From positions 1 through 64,000 of the forward strand of contig JAUCBJ010006677.1 in assembly GCA_032718475.1 (NCBI GenBank): 64,000 nucleotides of DNA, given 5' to 3'. This stretch comes from Nemertoderma westbladi (Eukaryota; Animalia; Xenacoelomorpha). Both the position numbers and the translations under genes were made by a program. A model generated the notes under the pieces. That model worked only from the letters and a program-made list of their open reading frames with translations, was not told the origin of the DNA and searched no databases. Positions 11,101 through 26,100 of the stretch are shown here, piece after piece. The first letter of the stretch is position 1, and each line of letters starts with the position of its first letter.

Positions 11101-14100
11101 TAGGAACGAAGTGAACGCTGTAATATACAATATAGGAACGAAGTGAACGCTGTAACATACAATATAGGAATGAAGTGAGCGCTGTAATATACAATATAGG
11201 AACGAAGTGAATGCTGTAACATACAATATAGGAACGAAGTGAACGCTGTAACATACAATATAGGAATGAAGTGAACGCTGTAACATACAATATAGGAATG
11301 AAGTGAATGCTGTAATATACAATATAGGAACGAAGTGAATGCTGTAATATACAATATAGGAACAAAGTGAACGCTGTAACATACAATATAGGAACAAAGT
11401 GAGCGCTGTAATATACAATATAGGAACGAAGTGAATGCTGTAATATACAATATAGGAACGAAGTGAACGCTGTAATATACAATATAGGAACGAAGTGAAC
11501 GTTGTAACATATAATATAGGAACAAAGTGAATGCTGTAACATACAATATAGGAATGAAGTGAATGCTGTAACATACAAAATAGGAACGAAGTGAACGCTG
11601 TAATATACAATATAGGAACGAAGTGAATGCTGTAATATACAATATAGGAACAAAGTGAACGCTGTAACATACAAAATAGGAACAAAGTGAATGCTGTAAC
11701 ATACAATATAGGAATGAAGTGAGCGCTGTAATATACAATATAGGAACGAAGTGAATGCTGTAATATACAATATAGGAACGAAGTGAACGCTGTAATATAC
11801 AATATAGGAACGAAGTGAACGTTGTAACATATAATATAGGAACAAAGTGAATGCTGTAATATACAATATAGGAACGAAGTGAACGCTGTAATATACAATA
11901 TAGGAACGAAGTGAACGCTGTAACATACAATATAGGAATGAAGTGAGCGCTGTAATATACAATATAGGAACGAAGTGAATGCTGTAACATACAATATAGG
12001 AACGAAGTGAACGCTGTAACATACAATATAGGAATGAAGTGAATGCTGTAACATACAATATAGGAACGAAGTGAACGCTGTAACATACAATATAGGAACG
12101 AAGTGAACGCTGTAACATACAATATAGGAACAAAGTGAGCGCTGTAATATACAATATAGGAACGAAGTGAACGCTGTAACATACAATATAGGAACGAAGT
12201 GAACGCTGTAATATATAATATAGGAACGAAGTGAACGCTGTAACATACAATATAGGAACGAAGTGAACGCTGTAACATACAATATAGGAACGAAGTGAAC
12301 GCTGTAATATATAATATAGGAACGAAGTGAATGCTGTAATATACAATATAGGAACGAAGTGAACGCTGTAACATACAATATAGGAACAAAGTGAGAGCTG
12401 TAGTATACAATATAGGAACGAAGTGAATGCTGTAATATACAATATAGGAACGAAGTGAACGCTGTAACATACAATATAGGAATGAAGTGAGCGCTGTAAT
12501 ATACAATATAGGAACAAAGTGAACGCTGTAACATACAATATAGGAACAAAGTGAGCGCTGTAATATACAATATAGGAACGAAGTGAATGCTGTAATATAC
12601 AATATAGGAACGAAGTGAACGCTGTAATAAACAATATAGGAACGAAGTGAACGCTGTAACATACAATATAGGAATGAAGTGAGCGCTGTAATATACAATA
12701 TAGGAACGAAGTGAATGCTGTAATATACAATATAGGAACGAAGTGAACGCTGTAATATACAATATAGGAACGAAGTGAACGCTGTAACATACAATATAGG
12801 AATGAAGTGAGCGCTGTAATATACAATATAGGAACGAAGTGAATGCTGTAACATACAATATAGGAACGAAGTGAACGCTGTAACATACAATATAGGAATG
12901 AAGTGAACGCTGTAACATACAATATAGGAATGAAGTGAATGCTGTAATATACAATATAGGAACGAAGTGAATGCTGTAATATACAATATAGGAACAAAGT
13001 GAACGCTGTAACATACAATATAGGAACAAAGTGAGCGCTGTAATATACAATATAGGAATGAAGTGAATGCTGTAATATACAATATAGGAACGAAGTGAAC
13101 GCTGTAATATACAATATAGGAACGAAGTGAACGTTGTAACATATAATATAGGAACAAAGTGAATGCTGTAACATACAATATAGGAATGAAGTGAATGCTG
13201 TAACATACAAAATAGGAACGAAGTGAACGCTGTAATATACAATATAGGAACGAAGTGAATGCTGTAATATACAATATAGGAACAAAGTGAACGCTGTAAC
13301 ATACAATATAGGAACAAAGTGAGCGCTGTAATATACAATATAGGAACGAAGTGAATGCTGTAATATACAATATAGGAACGAAGTGAACGCTGTAATATAC
13401 AATATAGGAACGAAGTGAACGTTGTAACATATAATATAGGAACAAAGTGAATGCTGTAACATACAATATAGGAATGAAGTGAATGCTGTAACATACAAAA
13501 TAGGAACGAAGTGAACGCTGTAATATACAATATAGGAACGAAGTGAATGCTGTAATATACAATATAGGAACAAAGTGAACGCTGTAACATACAATATAGG
13601 AACAAAGTGAGCGTTGTAATATACAATATAGGAACGAAGTGAATGCTGTAATATACAATATAGGAACGAAGTGAACGCTGTAATATACAATATAGGAACG
13701 AAGTGAACGCTGTAATATACAATATAGGAACGAAGTGAACGCTGTAACATACAATATAGGAACAAAGTGAACGCTGTAATATACAATATAGGAACGAAGT
13801 GAACGCTGTAATATACAATATAGGAACGAAGTGAACGTTGTAATATACAATATAGGAACGAAGTGAACGCTGTAATATACAATATAGGAACGAAGTGAAC
13901 GTTGTAACATATAATATAGGAACAAAGTGAATGCTGTAACATACAATATAGGAATGAAGTGAATGCTGTAACATACAATATAGGAATGAAGTGAATGCTG
14001 TAACATACAAAATAGGAACAAAGTGAATGCTGTAACATACAATATAGGAATGAAGTGAGCGCTGTAATATACAATATAGGAATGAAGTGAATGCTGTAAT

Positions 14101-17100
14101 ATACAATATAGGAACGAAGTGAACGCTGTAATATACAATATAGGAACGAAGTGAACGTTGTAACATATAATATAGGAACAAAGTGAATGCTGTAACATAC
14201 AATATAGGAATGAAGTGAATGCTGTAACATACAAAATAGGAACAAAGTGAATGCTGTAACATACAATATAGGAATGAAGTGAGCACTGTAATATACAATA
14301 TAGGAACGAAGTGAATGCTGTAATATACAATATAGGAACAAAGTGAGCGCTGTAATATACAATATAGGAACGAAGTGAACGCTGTAACATACAATATAGG
14401 AACGAAGTGAACGCTGTAATATACAATATAGGAACGAAGTGAATGCTGTAACATACAATATAGGAACGAAGTGAACGCTGTAATATACAATATAGGAACG
14501 AAGTGAATGCTGTAACATACAATATAGGAACGAAGTGAACGCTGTAACATACAATATAGGAATGAAGTGAATGCTGTAATATATAATATAGGAACGAAGT
14601 GAACGCTGTAACATACAACATAGGAACGAACTGAACGCTGTAACATACAATATAGGAACGAAGTGAACACTGTAACATACAATATAGGAATGAAGTGAAT
14701 GCTGTAACATACAATATAGGAATGAAGTGAATGCTGTAACATACAATATAGGAACGAAGTGAACGCTGTAACATACAATATAGGAACGAAGTGAACGCTG
14801 TAACATACAATATAGGAACAAAGTGAGCGCTGTAATATACAATATAGGAACGAAGTGAACGCTGTAACATACAATATAGGAACGAAGTGAACGCTGTAAT
14901 ATATAATATAGGAACGAAGTGAACGCTGTAACATACAATATAGGAACGAAGTGAACGCTGTAACATACAATATAGGAACGAAGTGAACGCTGTAATATAT
15001 AATATAGGAACGAAGTGAATGCTGTAATATACAATATAGGAACGAAGTGAACGCTGTAACATACAATATAGGAACAAAGTGAGAGCTGTAGTATACAATA
15101 TAGGAACGAAGTGAATGCTGTAATATACAATATAGGAACGAAGTGAACGCTGTAACATACAATATAGGAATGAAGTGAGCGCTGTAATATACAATATAGG
15201 AACAAAGTGAACGCTGTAACATACAATATAGGAACAAAGTGAGCGCTGTAATATACAATATAGGAACGAAGTGAATGCTGTAATATACAATATAGGAACG
15301 AAGTGAACGCTGTAATATACAATATAGGAACGAAGTGAACGCTGTAACATACAATATAGGAATGAAGTGAGCGCTGTAATATACAATATAGGAACGAAGT
15401 GAATGCTGTAATATACAATATAGGAACGAAGTGAACGCTGTAATATACAATATAGGAACGAAGTGAACGCTGTAACATACAATATAGGAATGAAGTGAAC
15501 GCTGTAACATATAATATAGGAACGAAGTGAATGCTGTAACATACAATATAGGAACGAAGTGAATGCTGTAACATACAATATAGGAACGAAGTGAACGCTG
15601 TAACATACAATATAGGAACGAAGTGAACGCTGTAACATACAATATAGGAACGAAGTGGATGCTGTAACATACAATATAGGAACGAAGTGAATGCTGTAAC
15701 ATACAATATAGGAACGAAGTGAACGCTGTAACATACAATATAGGAATGAAGTGAGCGCTGTAATATACAATATAGGAACGAAGTGAATGCTGTAACATAC
15801 AATATAGGAACGAAGTGAACGCTGTAACATACAATATAGGAATGAAGTGAATGCTGTAATATACAATATAGGAACGAAGTGAATGCTGTAATATACAATA
15901 TAGGAACAAAGTGAGCGCTGTAATATACAATATAGGAACGAAGTGAACGCTGTAACATACAATATAGGAACGAAGTGAACGCTGTAATATACAATATAGG
16001 AACGAAGTGAATGCTGTAACATACAATATAGGAACGAAGTGAACGCTGTAACATATAATATAGGAACGAAGTGAATGCTGTAATATACAATATAGGAACG
16101 AAGTGAACGCTGTAATATACAATATAGGAACGAAGTGAACGCTGTAATATACAATATAGGAACGAAGTGAACGCTGTAACATACAATATAGGAACGAAGT
16201 GAACGCTGTAATATATAATATAGGAACGAAGTGAATGCTGTAATATACAATATAGGAACGAAGTGAACGCTGTAATATACAATATAGGAACGAAGTGAAC
16301 GCTGTAACATACAATATAGGAATGAAGTGAACGCTGTAACATATAATATAGGAACGAAGTGAATGCTGTAACATACAATATAGGAACGAAGTGAATGCTG
16401 TAACATACAATATAGGAACGAAGTGAACGCTGTAACATACAATATAGGAACGAAGTGAACGCTGTAACATACAATATAGGAACGAAGTGAATGCTGTAAC
16501 ATACAATATAGGAACGAAGTGAATGCTGTAACATACAATATAGGAACGAAGTGAATGCTGTAACATACAATATAGGAACGAAGTGAATGCTGTAACATAC
16601 AATATAGGAACGAAGTGAATGCTGTAACATACAATATAGGAACGAAGTGAATGCTGTAATATACAATATAGGAACGAAATGAACGCTGTAACATACAATA
16701 TAGGAACGAAGTGAACGCTGTAACATACAATATAGGAACGAAGTGAATGCTGTAACATACAATATAGGAACGAAGTGAACACTGTGACATACAATATAGG
16801 AACGAAGTGAACGCTGTAATATACAATATAGGAACGAAGTGAACGCTGTAACATACAATATAGGAACAACGTGAGCGCTGTAATATACAATATAGGAACG
16901 AAGTGAACGCTGTAACATACAATATAGGAATGAAGTGAACGCTGTAATATACAATATAGGAACGAAGTGAATGCTGTAACATACAATATAGGAATGAAGT
17001 GAACGCTGTAATATACAATATAGGAACGAAGTGAACGCTGTAACATACAATATAGGAACGAAGTTAACGCTGTAACATACAATATAGGAATGAAGTGAAC

Positions 17101-20100
17101 GCTGTAATATACAATATAGGAACGAACTGAACGCTGTAACATACAATATAGGAACGAAGTGAACGCTGTAACATACAATATAGGAATGAAGTGAGCGCTG
17201 TAATATACAATATAGGAACAAAGTGAGCGCTGTAATATACAATATAGGAACGAAGTGAATGCTGTAATATACAATATAGGAACGAAGTGAACGCTGTAAT
17301 ATACAATATAGGAACGAAGTGAACGCTGTAATATACAATATAGGAACGAAGTGAACGCTGTAACATACAATATAGGAATGAAGTGAACGCTGTAACATAT
17401 AATATAGGAACGAAGTGAATGCTGTAACATACAATATAGGAATGAAGTGAACGCTGTAATATACAATATAGGAACGAACTGAACGCTGTAACATACAATA
17501 TAGGAACGAAGTGAACGCTGTAACATACAATATAGGAATGAAGTGAGCGCTGTAATATACAATATAGGAACAAAGTGAGCGCTGTAATATACAATATAGG
17601 AACGAAGTGAATGCTGTAATATACAATATAGGAACAAAGTGAGCGCTGTAATATACAATATAGGAACGAAGTGAATGCTGTAATATACAATATAGGAACG
17701 AAGTGAACGCTGTAATATACAATATAGGAACGAAGTGAACGCTGTAACATACAATATAGGAATGAAGTGAACGCTGTAATATACAATATAGGAACGAAGT
17801 GAATGCTGTAACATACAATATAGGAATGAAGTGAACGCTGTAATATACAATATAGGAACGAACTGAACGCTGTAACATACAATATAGGAACGAAGTGAAC
17901 GCTGTAACATACAATATAGGAATGAAGTGAGCGCTGTAATATACAATATAGGAACAAAGTGAGCGCTGTAATATACAATATAGGAACGAAGTGAATGCTG
18001 TAATATACAATATAGGAACGAAGTGAATGCTGTAACATACAATATAGGAACGAAGTGAACGCTGTAACATACAATATAGGAATGAAGTGAATGCTGTAAT
18101 ATACAATATAGGAACGAAGTGAATGCTGTAATATACAATATAGGAACGAAGTGAACGCTGTAACATACAATATAGGAATGAAGTGAATGCTGTAATATAC
18201 AATATAGGAACGAAGTGAATGCTGTAATATACAATATAGGAACGAAGTGAATGCTGTAATATACAATATAGGAACGAAGTGAACGCTGTAACATACAATA
18301 TAGGAATGAAGTGAACGCTGTAACATACAATATAGGAACGAAGTGAACGCTGTAACATACAATATAGGAATGAAGTGAATGCTGTAATATACAATATAGG
18401 AACAAAGTGAACGCTGTAACATACAACATAGGAACAAAGTGAGCGCTGTAATATACAATATAGGAACGAAGTGAACGCTGTAACATACAACATAGGAACG
18501 AAGTGAATGCTGTAATATACAATATAGGAACGAAGTGAACGCTGTAATATACAATATAGGAACGAAGTGAACACTGTGACATGCAATATAGGAACGAAGT
18601 GAATGCTGTAATATACAATATAGGAACGAAGTGAACGCTGTAATATACAATATAGGAACGAAGTGAACGCTGTAACATACAATATAGGAACGAAGTGAAC
18701 GCTGTAACATACAATATAGGAATGAAGTGAATGCTGTAACATACAATATAGGAACGAAGTGAACGCTGTAATATATAATATAGGAACGAAGTGAATGCTG
18801 TAATATACAATATAGGAACGAAGTGAACGCTGTAATATACAATATAGGAACGAAGTGAACGCTGTAACATACAATATAGGAATGAAGTGAGCGCTGTAAC
18901 ATACAATATAGGAACGAAGTGAACGCTGTAACATACAATATAAGAACGAAGTGAACGCTGTAACATGCATTATAGGAACGAAGTGAATGCTGTAATATAC
19001 AATATAGGAACGAAGTGAATGCTGTAATATACAATATAGGAACGAAGTGAATGCTGTAATATACAATATAGGAACAAAGTGAGCGCTGTAATATACAATA
19101 TAGGAACGAAGTGAACGCTGTAACATACAATATAAGAACGAAGTGAACGCTGTAACATGCATTATAGGAACGAAGTGAATGCTGTAATATACAATATAGG
19201 AACGAAGTGAATGCTGTAATATACAATATAGGAACGAAGTGAATGCTGTAATATACAATATAGGAACAAAGTGAGCGCTGTAATATACAATATAGGAACG
19301 AAGTGAATGCTGTAATATACAATATAGGAACGAAGTGAATGCTGTAATATACAATATAGGAACAAAGTGAGCGCTGTAATATACAATATAGGAACGAAGT
19401 GAATGCTGTAATATACAATATAGGAACAAAGTGAGCGCTGTAATATACAATATAGGAACGAAGTGAATGCTGTAATATACAATATAGGAATGAAGTGAGC
19501 GCTGTAATATACAATATAGGAACGAAGTGAATGCTGTAATATACAATATAGGAACGAAGTGAACGCTGTAACATACAATATAGGAATGAAGTGAATGCTG
19601 TAATATACAATATAGGAACAAAGTGAACGCTGTAACATACAATATAGGAACAAAGTGAATGCTGTAATATACAATATAGGAACGAAGTGAACGCTGTATC
19701 ATACAATATAGGAATGAAGTGAATGCTGTAATATACAATATAGGAACGAAGTGAATGCTGTAACATACAATATAGGAATGAAGTGAACGCTGTAATATAC
19801 AATATAGGAACGAACTGAACGCTGTAACATACAATATAGGAACGAAGTGAATGCTGTAATATACAATATAGGAACGAAGTGAATGCTGTAATATACAATA
19901 TAGGAACGAAGTGAATGCTATAATATGCAATATAGGAATGAAGTGAACGCTGTAATATACAATATAGGAACAAAGTGAATGCTGTAACATACAATATAGG
20001 AATGAAGTGAATGCTGTAATATACAATATAGGAACGAACTGAACGCTGTAACATACAATATAGGAACGAAGTGAATGCTGTAATATACAATATAGGAACG

Positions 20101-23100
20101 AAGTGAATGCTGTAATATACAATATAGGAACGAAGTGAATGCTATAATATGCAATATAGGAACGAAGTGAACGCTGTAATATACAATATAGGAACGAACT
20201 GAACACTGTAACATACAATATAGGAACGAAGTGAACGCTGTAACATACAATATAGGAATGAAGTGAATGCTGTAACATACAATATAGGAACGAAGTGAAT
20301 GCTGTAATATACAATATAGGAACGAAGTGAATGCTGTAATATACAATATAGGAACGAAGTGAATGCTGTAATATACAATATAGGAACGAAGTGAATGCTG
20401 TAATATACAATATAGGAACAAAGTGAGCGCTGTAATATACAATATAGGAACGAAGTGAATGCTGTAATATACAATATAGGAACAAAGTGAGCGCTGTAAT
20501 ATACAATATAGGAACAAAGTGAGCGCTGTAATATACAATATAGGAACGAAGTGAATGCTGTAATATACAATATAGGAACAAAGTGAGCGCTGTAATATAC
20601 AATATAGGAACGAAGTGAATGCTGTAATATACAATATAGGAACGAAGTGAATGCTGTAATATACAATATAGGAACAAAGTGAGCGCTGTAATATACAATA
20701 TAGGAACGAAGTGAACGCTGTAATATACAATATAGGAACGAAGTGAACGCTGTAACATACAATATAGGAATGAAGTGAACGCTGTAATATACAATATAGG
20801 AACGAAGTGAATGCTGTAACATACAATATAGGAATGAAGTGAACGCTGTAATATACAATATAGGAACGAACTGAACGCTGTAACATACAATATAGGAACG
20901 AAGTGAACGCTGTAACATACAATATAGGAATGAAGTGAGCGCTGTAATATACAATATAGGAACAAAGTGAGCGCTGTAATATACAATATAGGAACGAAGT
21001 GAATGCTGTAATATACAATATAGGAACGAAGTGAATGCTGTAACATACAATATAGGAACGAAGTGAACGCTGTAACATACAATATAGGAATGAAGTGAAT
21101 GCTGTAATATACAATATAGGAACGAAGTGAATGCTGTAATATACAATATAGGAACGAAGTGAACGCTGTAATATACAATATAGGAACGAAGTGAATGCTG
21201 TAATATACAATATAGGAACGAAGTGAACGCTGTAACATACAATATAGGAATGAAGTGAATGCTGTAATATACAATATAGGAACAAAGTGAACGCTGTAAC
21301 ATACAATATAGGAACAAAGTGAGCGCTGTAATATACAATATAGGAACGAAGTGAACGCTGTAACATACAACATAGGAACGAAGTGAATGCTGTAATATAC
21401 AATATAGGAACGAAGTGAACGCTGTAATATACAATATAGGAACGAAGTGAACACTGTGACATACAATATAGGAACGAAGTGAATGCTGTAATATACAATA
21501 TAGGAACGAAGTGAACGCTGTAATATACAATATAGGAACGAAGTGAACGCTGTAACATACAATATAGGAACGAAGTGAACGCTGTAACATACAATATAGG
21601 AATGAAGTGAATGCTGTAACATACAATATAGGAACGAAGTGAACGCTGTAATATATAATATAGGAACGAAGTGAATGCTGTAATATACAATATAGGAACG
21701 AAGTGAACGCTGTAATATACAATATAGGAACGAAGTGAACGCTGTAACATACAATATAGAAATGAAGTGAGCACTGTAACATACAATATAGGAACGAAGT
21801 GAACGCTGTAACATACAATATAAGAACGAAGTGAACGCTGTAACATGCAATATAGGAACGAAGTGAATGCTGTAATATACAATATAGGAACGAAGTGAAT
21901 GCTGTAATATACAATATAGGAACAAAGTGAGCGCTGTAATATACAATATAGGAACGAAGTGAATGCTGTAATATACAATATAGGAATGAAGTGAGCGCTG
22001 TAATATACAATATAGGAACGAAGTGAATGCTGTAATATACAATATAGGAACGAAGTGAACGCTGTAACATACAATATAGGAATGAAGTGAATGCTGTAAT
22101 ATACAATATAGGAACAAAGTGAACGCTGTAACATACAATATAGGAACAAAGTGAATGCTGTAATATACAATATAGGAACGAAGTGAACGCTGTATCATAC
22201 AATATAGGAATGAAGTGAATGCTGTAATATACAATATAGGAACGAAGTGAATGCTGTAACATACAATATAGGAATGAAGTGAACGCTGTAATATACAATA
22301 TAGGAACGAACTGAACGCTGTAACATACAATATAGGAACGAAGTGAATGCTGTAATATACAATATAGGAACGAAGTGAATGCTGTAATATACAATATAGG
22401 AATGAAGTGAATGCTGTAACATACAATATAGGAACGAAGTGAACGCTGTAACATACAATATAGGAACGAAGTGAACGCTGTAACATACAATATAGGAACA
22501 AAGTGAGCGCTGTAATATACAATATAGGAACGAAGTGAACGCTGTAACATACAATATAGGAACGAAGTGAACGCTGTAATATATAATATAGGAACGAAGT
22601 GAACGCTGTAACATACAATATAGGAACGAAGTGAACGCTGTAACATACAATATAGGAACGAAGTGAACGCTGTAATATATAATATAGGAACGAAGTGAAT
22701 GCTGTAATATACAATATAGGAACGAAGTGAACGCTGTAACATACAATATAGGAACAAAGTGAGAGCTGTAGTATACAATATAGGAACGAAGTGAATGCTG
22801 TAATATACAATATAGGAACGAAGTGAACGCTGTAACATACAATATAGGAATGAAGTGAGCGCTGTAATATACAATATAGGAACAAAGTGAACGCTGTAAC
22901 ATACAATATAGGAACAAAGTGAGCGCTGTAATATACAATATAGGAACGAAGTGAATGCTGTAACATACAATATAGGAACGAAGTGAATGCTGTAACATAC
23001 AATATAGGAACGAAGTGAACGCTGTAACATACAACATAGGAACGAAGTGAACGCTGTAACATACAATATAGGAACGAAGTGAGCGCTGTAATATACAATA

Positions 23101-26100
23101 TAGGAACAAAGTGAGCGCTGTAATATACAATATAGGAACGAAGTGAATGCTGTAATATACAATATAGGAACAAAGTGAGCGCTGTAATATACAATATAGG
23201 AACGAAGTGAATGCTGTAATATACAATATAGGAACGAAGTGAACGCTGTAATATACAATATAGGAACGAAGTGAACGCTGTAACATACAATATAGGAATG
23301 AAGTGAACGCTGTAATATACAATATAGGAACGAAGTGAATGCTGTAACATACAATATAGGAATGAAGTGAACGCTGTAATATACAATATAGGAACGAACT
23401 GAACGCTGTAACATACAATATAGGAACGAAGTGAACGCTGTAACATACAATATAGGAATGAAGTGAGCGCTGTAATATACAATATAGGAACAAAGTGAGC
23501 GCTGTAATATACAATATAGGAACGAAGTGAATGCTGTAATATACAATATAGGAACGAAGTGAATGCTGTAACATACAATATAGGAACGAAGTGAACGCTG
23601 TAACATACAATATAGGAATGAAGTGAATGCTGTAATATACAATATAGGAACGAAGTGAATGCTGTAATATACAATATAGGAACGAAGTGAACGCTGTAAC
23701 ATACAATATAGGAATGAAGTGAATGCTGTAATATACAATATAGGAATGAAGTGAACGCTGTAACATACAATATAGGAATGAAGTGAATGCTGTAATATAC
23801 AATATAGGAACGAAGTGAACGCTGTAACATACAATATAGGAATGAAGTGAACGCTGTAACATACAATATAGGAACGAAGTGAACGCTGTAACATACAATA
23901 TAGGAATGAAGTGAATGCTGTAATATACAATATAGGAACAAAGTGAACGCTGTAACATACAACATAGGAACAAAGTGAGCGCTGTAATATACAATATAGG
24001 AACGAAGTGAACGCTGTAACATACAACATAGGAACGAAGTGAATGCTGTAATATACAATATAGGAACGAAGTGAACGCTGTAACATACAATATAGGAATG
24101 AAGTGAATGCTGTAATATACAATATAGGAACGAAGTGAATGCTGTAATATACAATATAGGAACGAAGTGAAGGCTGTAATATACAATATAGGAACGAAGT
24201 GAATGCTGTAATATACAATATAGGAACGAAGTGAACGCTGTAACATACAATATAGGAATGAAGTGAATGCTGTAACATACAATATAGGAACGAAGTGAAC
24301 GCTGTAATATATAATATAGGAACGAAGTGAATGCTGTAATATACAATATAGGAACGAAGTGAACGCTGTAATATACAATATAGGAACGAAGTGAACGCTG
24401 TAACATACAATATAGGAATGAAGTGAGCGCTGTAACATACAATATAGGAACGAAGTGAACGCTGTAACATACAATATAAGAACGAAGTGAACGCTGTAAC
24501 ATGCATTATAGGAACGAAGTGAATGCTGTAATATACAATATAGGAACGAAGTGAATGCTGTAATATACAATATAGGAACAAAGTGAGCGCTGTAATATAC
24601 AATATAGGAACGAAGTGAATGCTGTAATATACAATATAGGAATGAAGTGAGCGCTGTAATATACAATATAGGAACGAAGTGAATGCTGTAATATACAATA
24701 TAGGAACGAAGTGAACGCTGTAATATACAATATAGGAATGAAGTGAATGCTGTAATATACAATATAGGAACAAAGTGAACGCTGTAACATACAATATAGG
24801 AACAAAGTGAATGCTGTAATATACAATATAGGAACGAAGTGAACGCTGTATCATACAATATAGGAATGAAGTGAATGCTGTAATATACAATATAGGAACG
24901 AAGTGAATGCTGTAACATACAATATAGGAATGAAGTGAACGCTGTAATATACAATATAGGAACGAACTGAACGCTGTAATATACAATATAGGAACGAAGT
25001 GAATGCTGTAATATACAATATAGGAACGAAGTGAATGCTGTAATATACAATATAGGAACGAAGTGAATGCTATAATATGCAATATAGGAATGAAGTGAAT
25101 GCTGTAATATACAATATAGGAACAAAGTGAACGCTGTAACATACAATATAGGAACAAAGTGAATGCTGTAATATACAATATAGGAACGAACTGAACGCTG
25201 TAACATACAATATAGGAACGAAGTGAATGCTGTAATATACAATATAGGAACGAAGTGAATGCTATAATATGCAATATAGGAACGAAGTGAACGCTGTAAT
25301 ATACAATATAGGAACGAACTGAACACTGTAACATACAATATAGGAACGAAGTGAATGCTGTAATATACAATATAGGAACAAAGTGAGCGCTGTAATATAC
25401 AATATAGGAACGAAGTGAATGCTGTAATATACAATATAGGAACGAAGTGAACGCTGTAATATACAATATAGGAACAAAGTGAGCGCTGTAATATACAATA
25501 TAGGAACGAAGTGAATGCTGTAATATACAATATAGGAACGAAGTGAACGCTGTAATATACAATATAGGAACGAAGTGAATGCTGTAACATACAATATAGG
25601 AATGAAGTGAACGCTGTAATATACAATATAGGAACGAAGTGAATGCTGTAACATACAATATAGGAATGAAGTGAACGCTGTAATATACAATATAGGAACG
25701 AAGTGAACGCTGTAACATACAATATAGGAATGAAGTGAATGCTGTAATATACAATATAGGAACAAAGTGAACGCTGTAACATACAACATAGGAACAAAGT
25801 GAGCGCTGTAATATACAATATAGGAACGAAGTGAACGCTGTAACATACAACATAGGAACGAAGTGAATGCTGTAACATACAATATAGGAACGAAGTGAAC
25901 GCTGTAATATACAATATAGGAACGAAGTGAATGCTGTAATATACAATATAGGAACGAAGTGAATGCTGTAATATACAATATAGGAACGAAGTGAACGCTG
26001 TAATATACAATATAGGAACGAAGTGAATGCTGTAATATACAATATAGGAACGAAGTGAACGCTGTAACATACAATATAGGAATGAAGTGAATGCTGTAAC

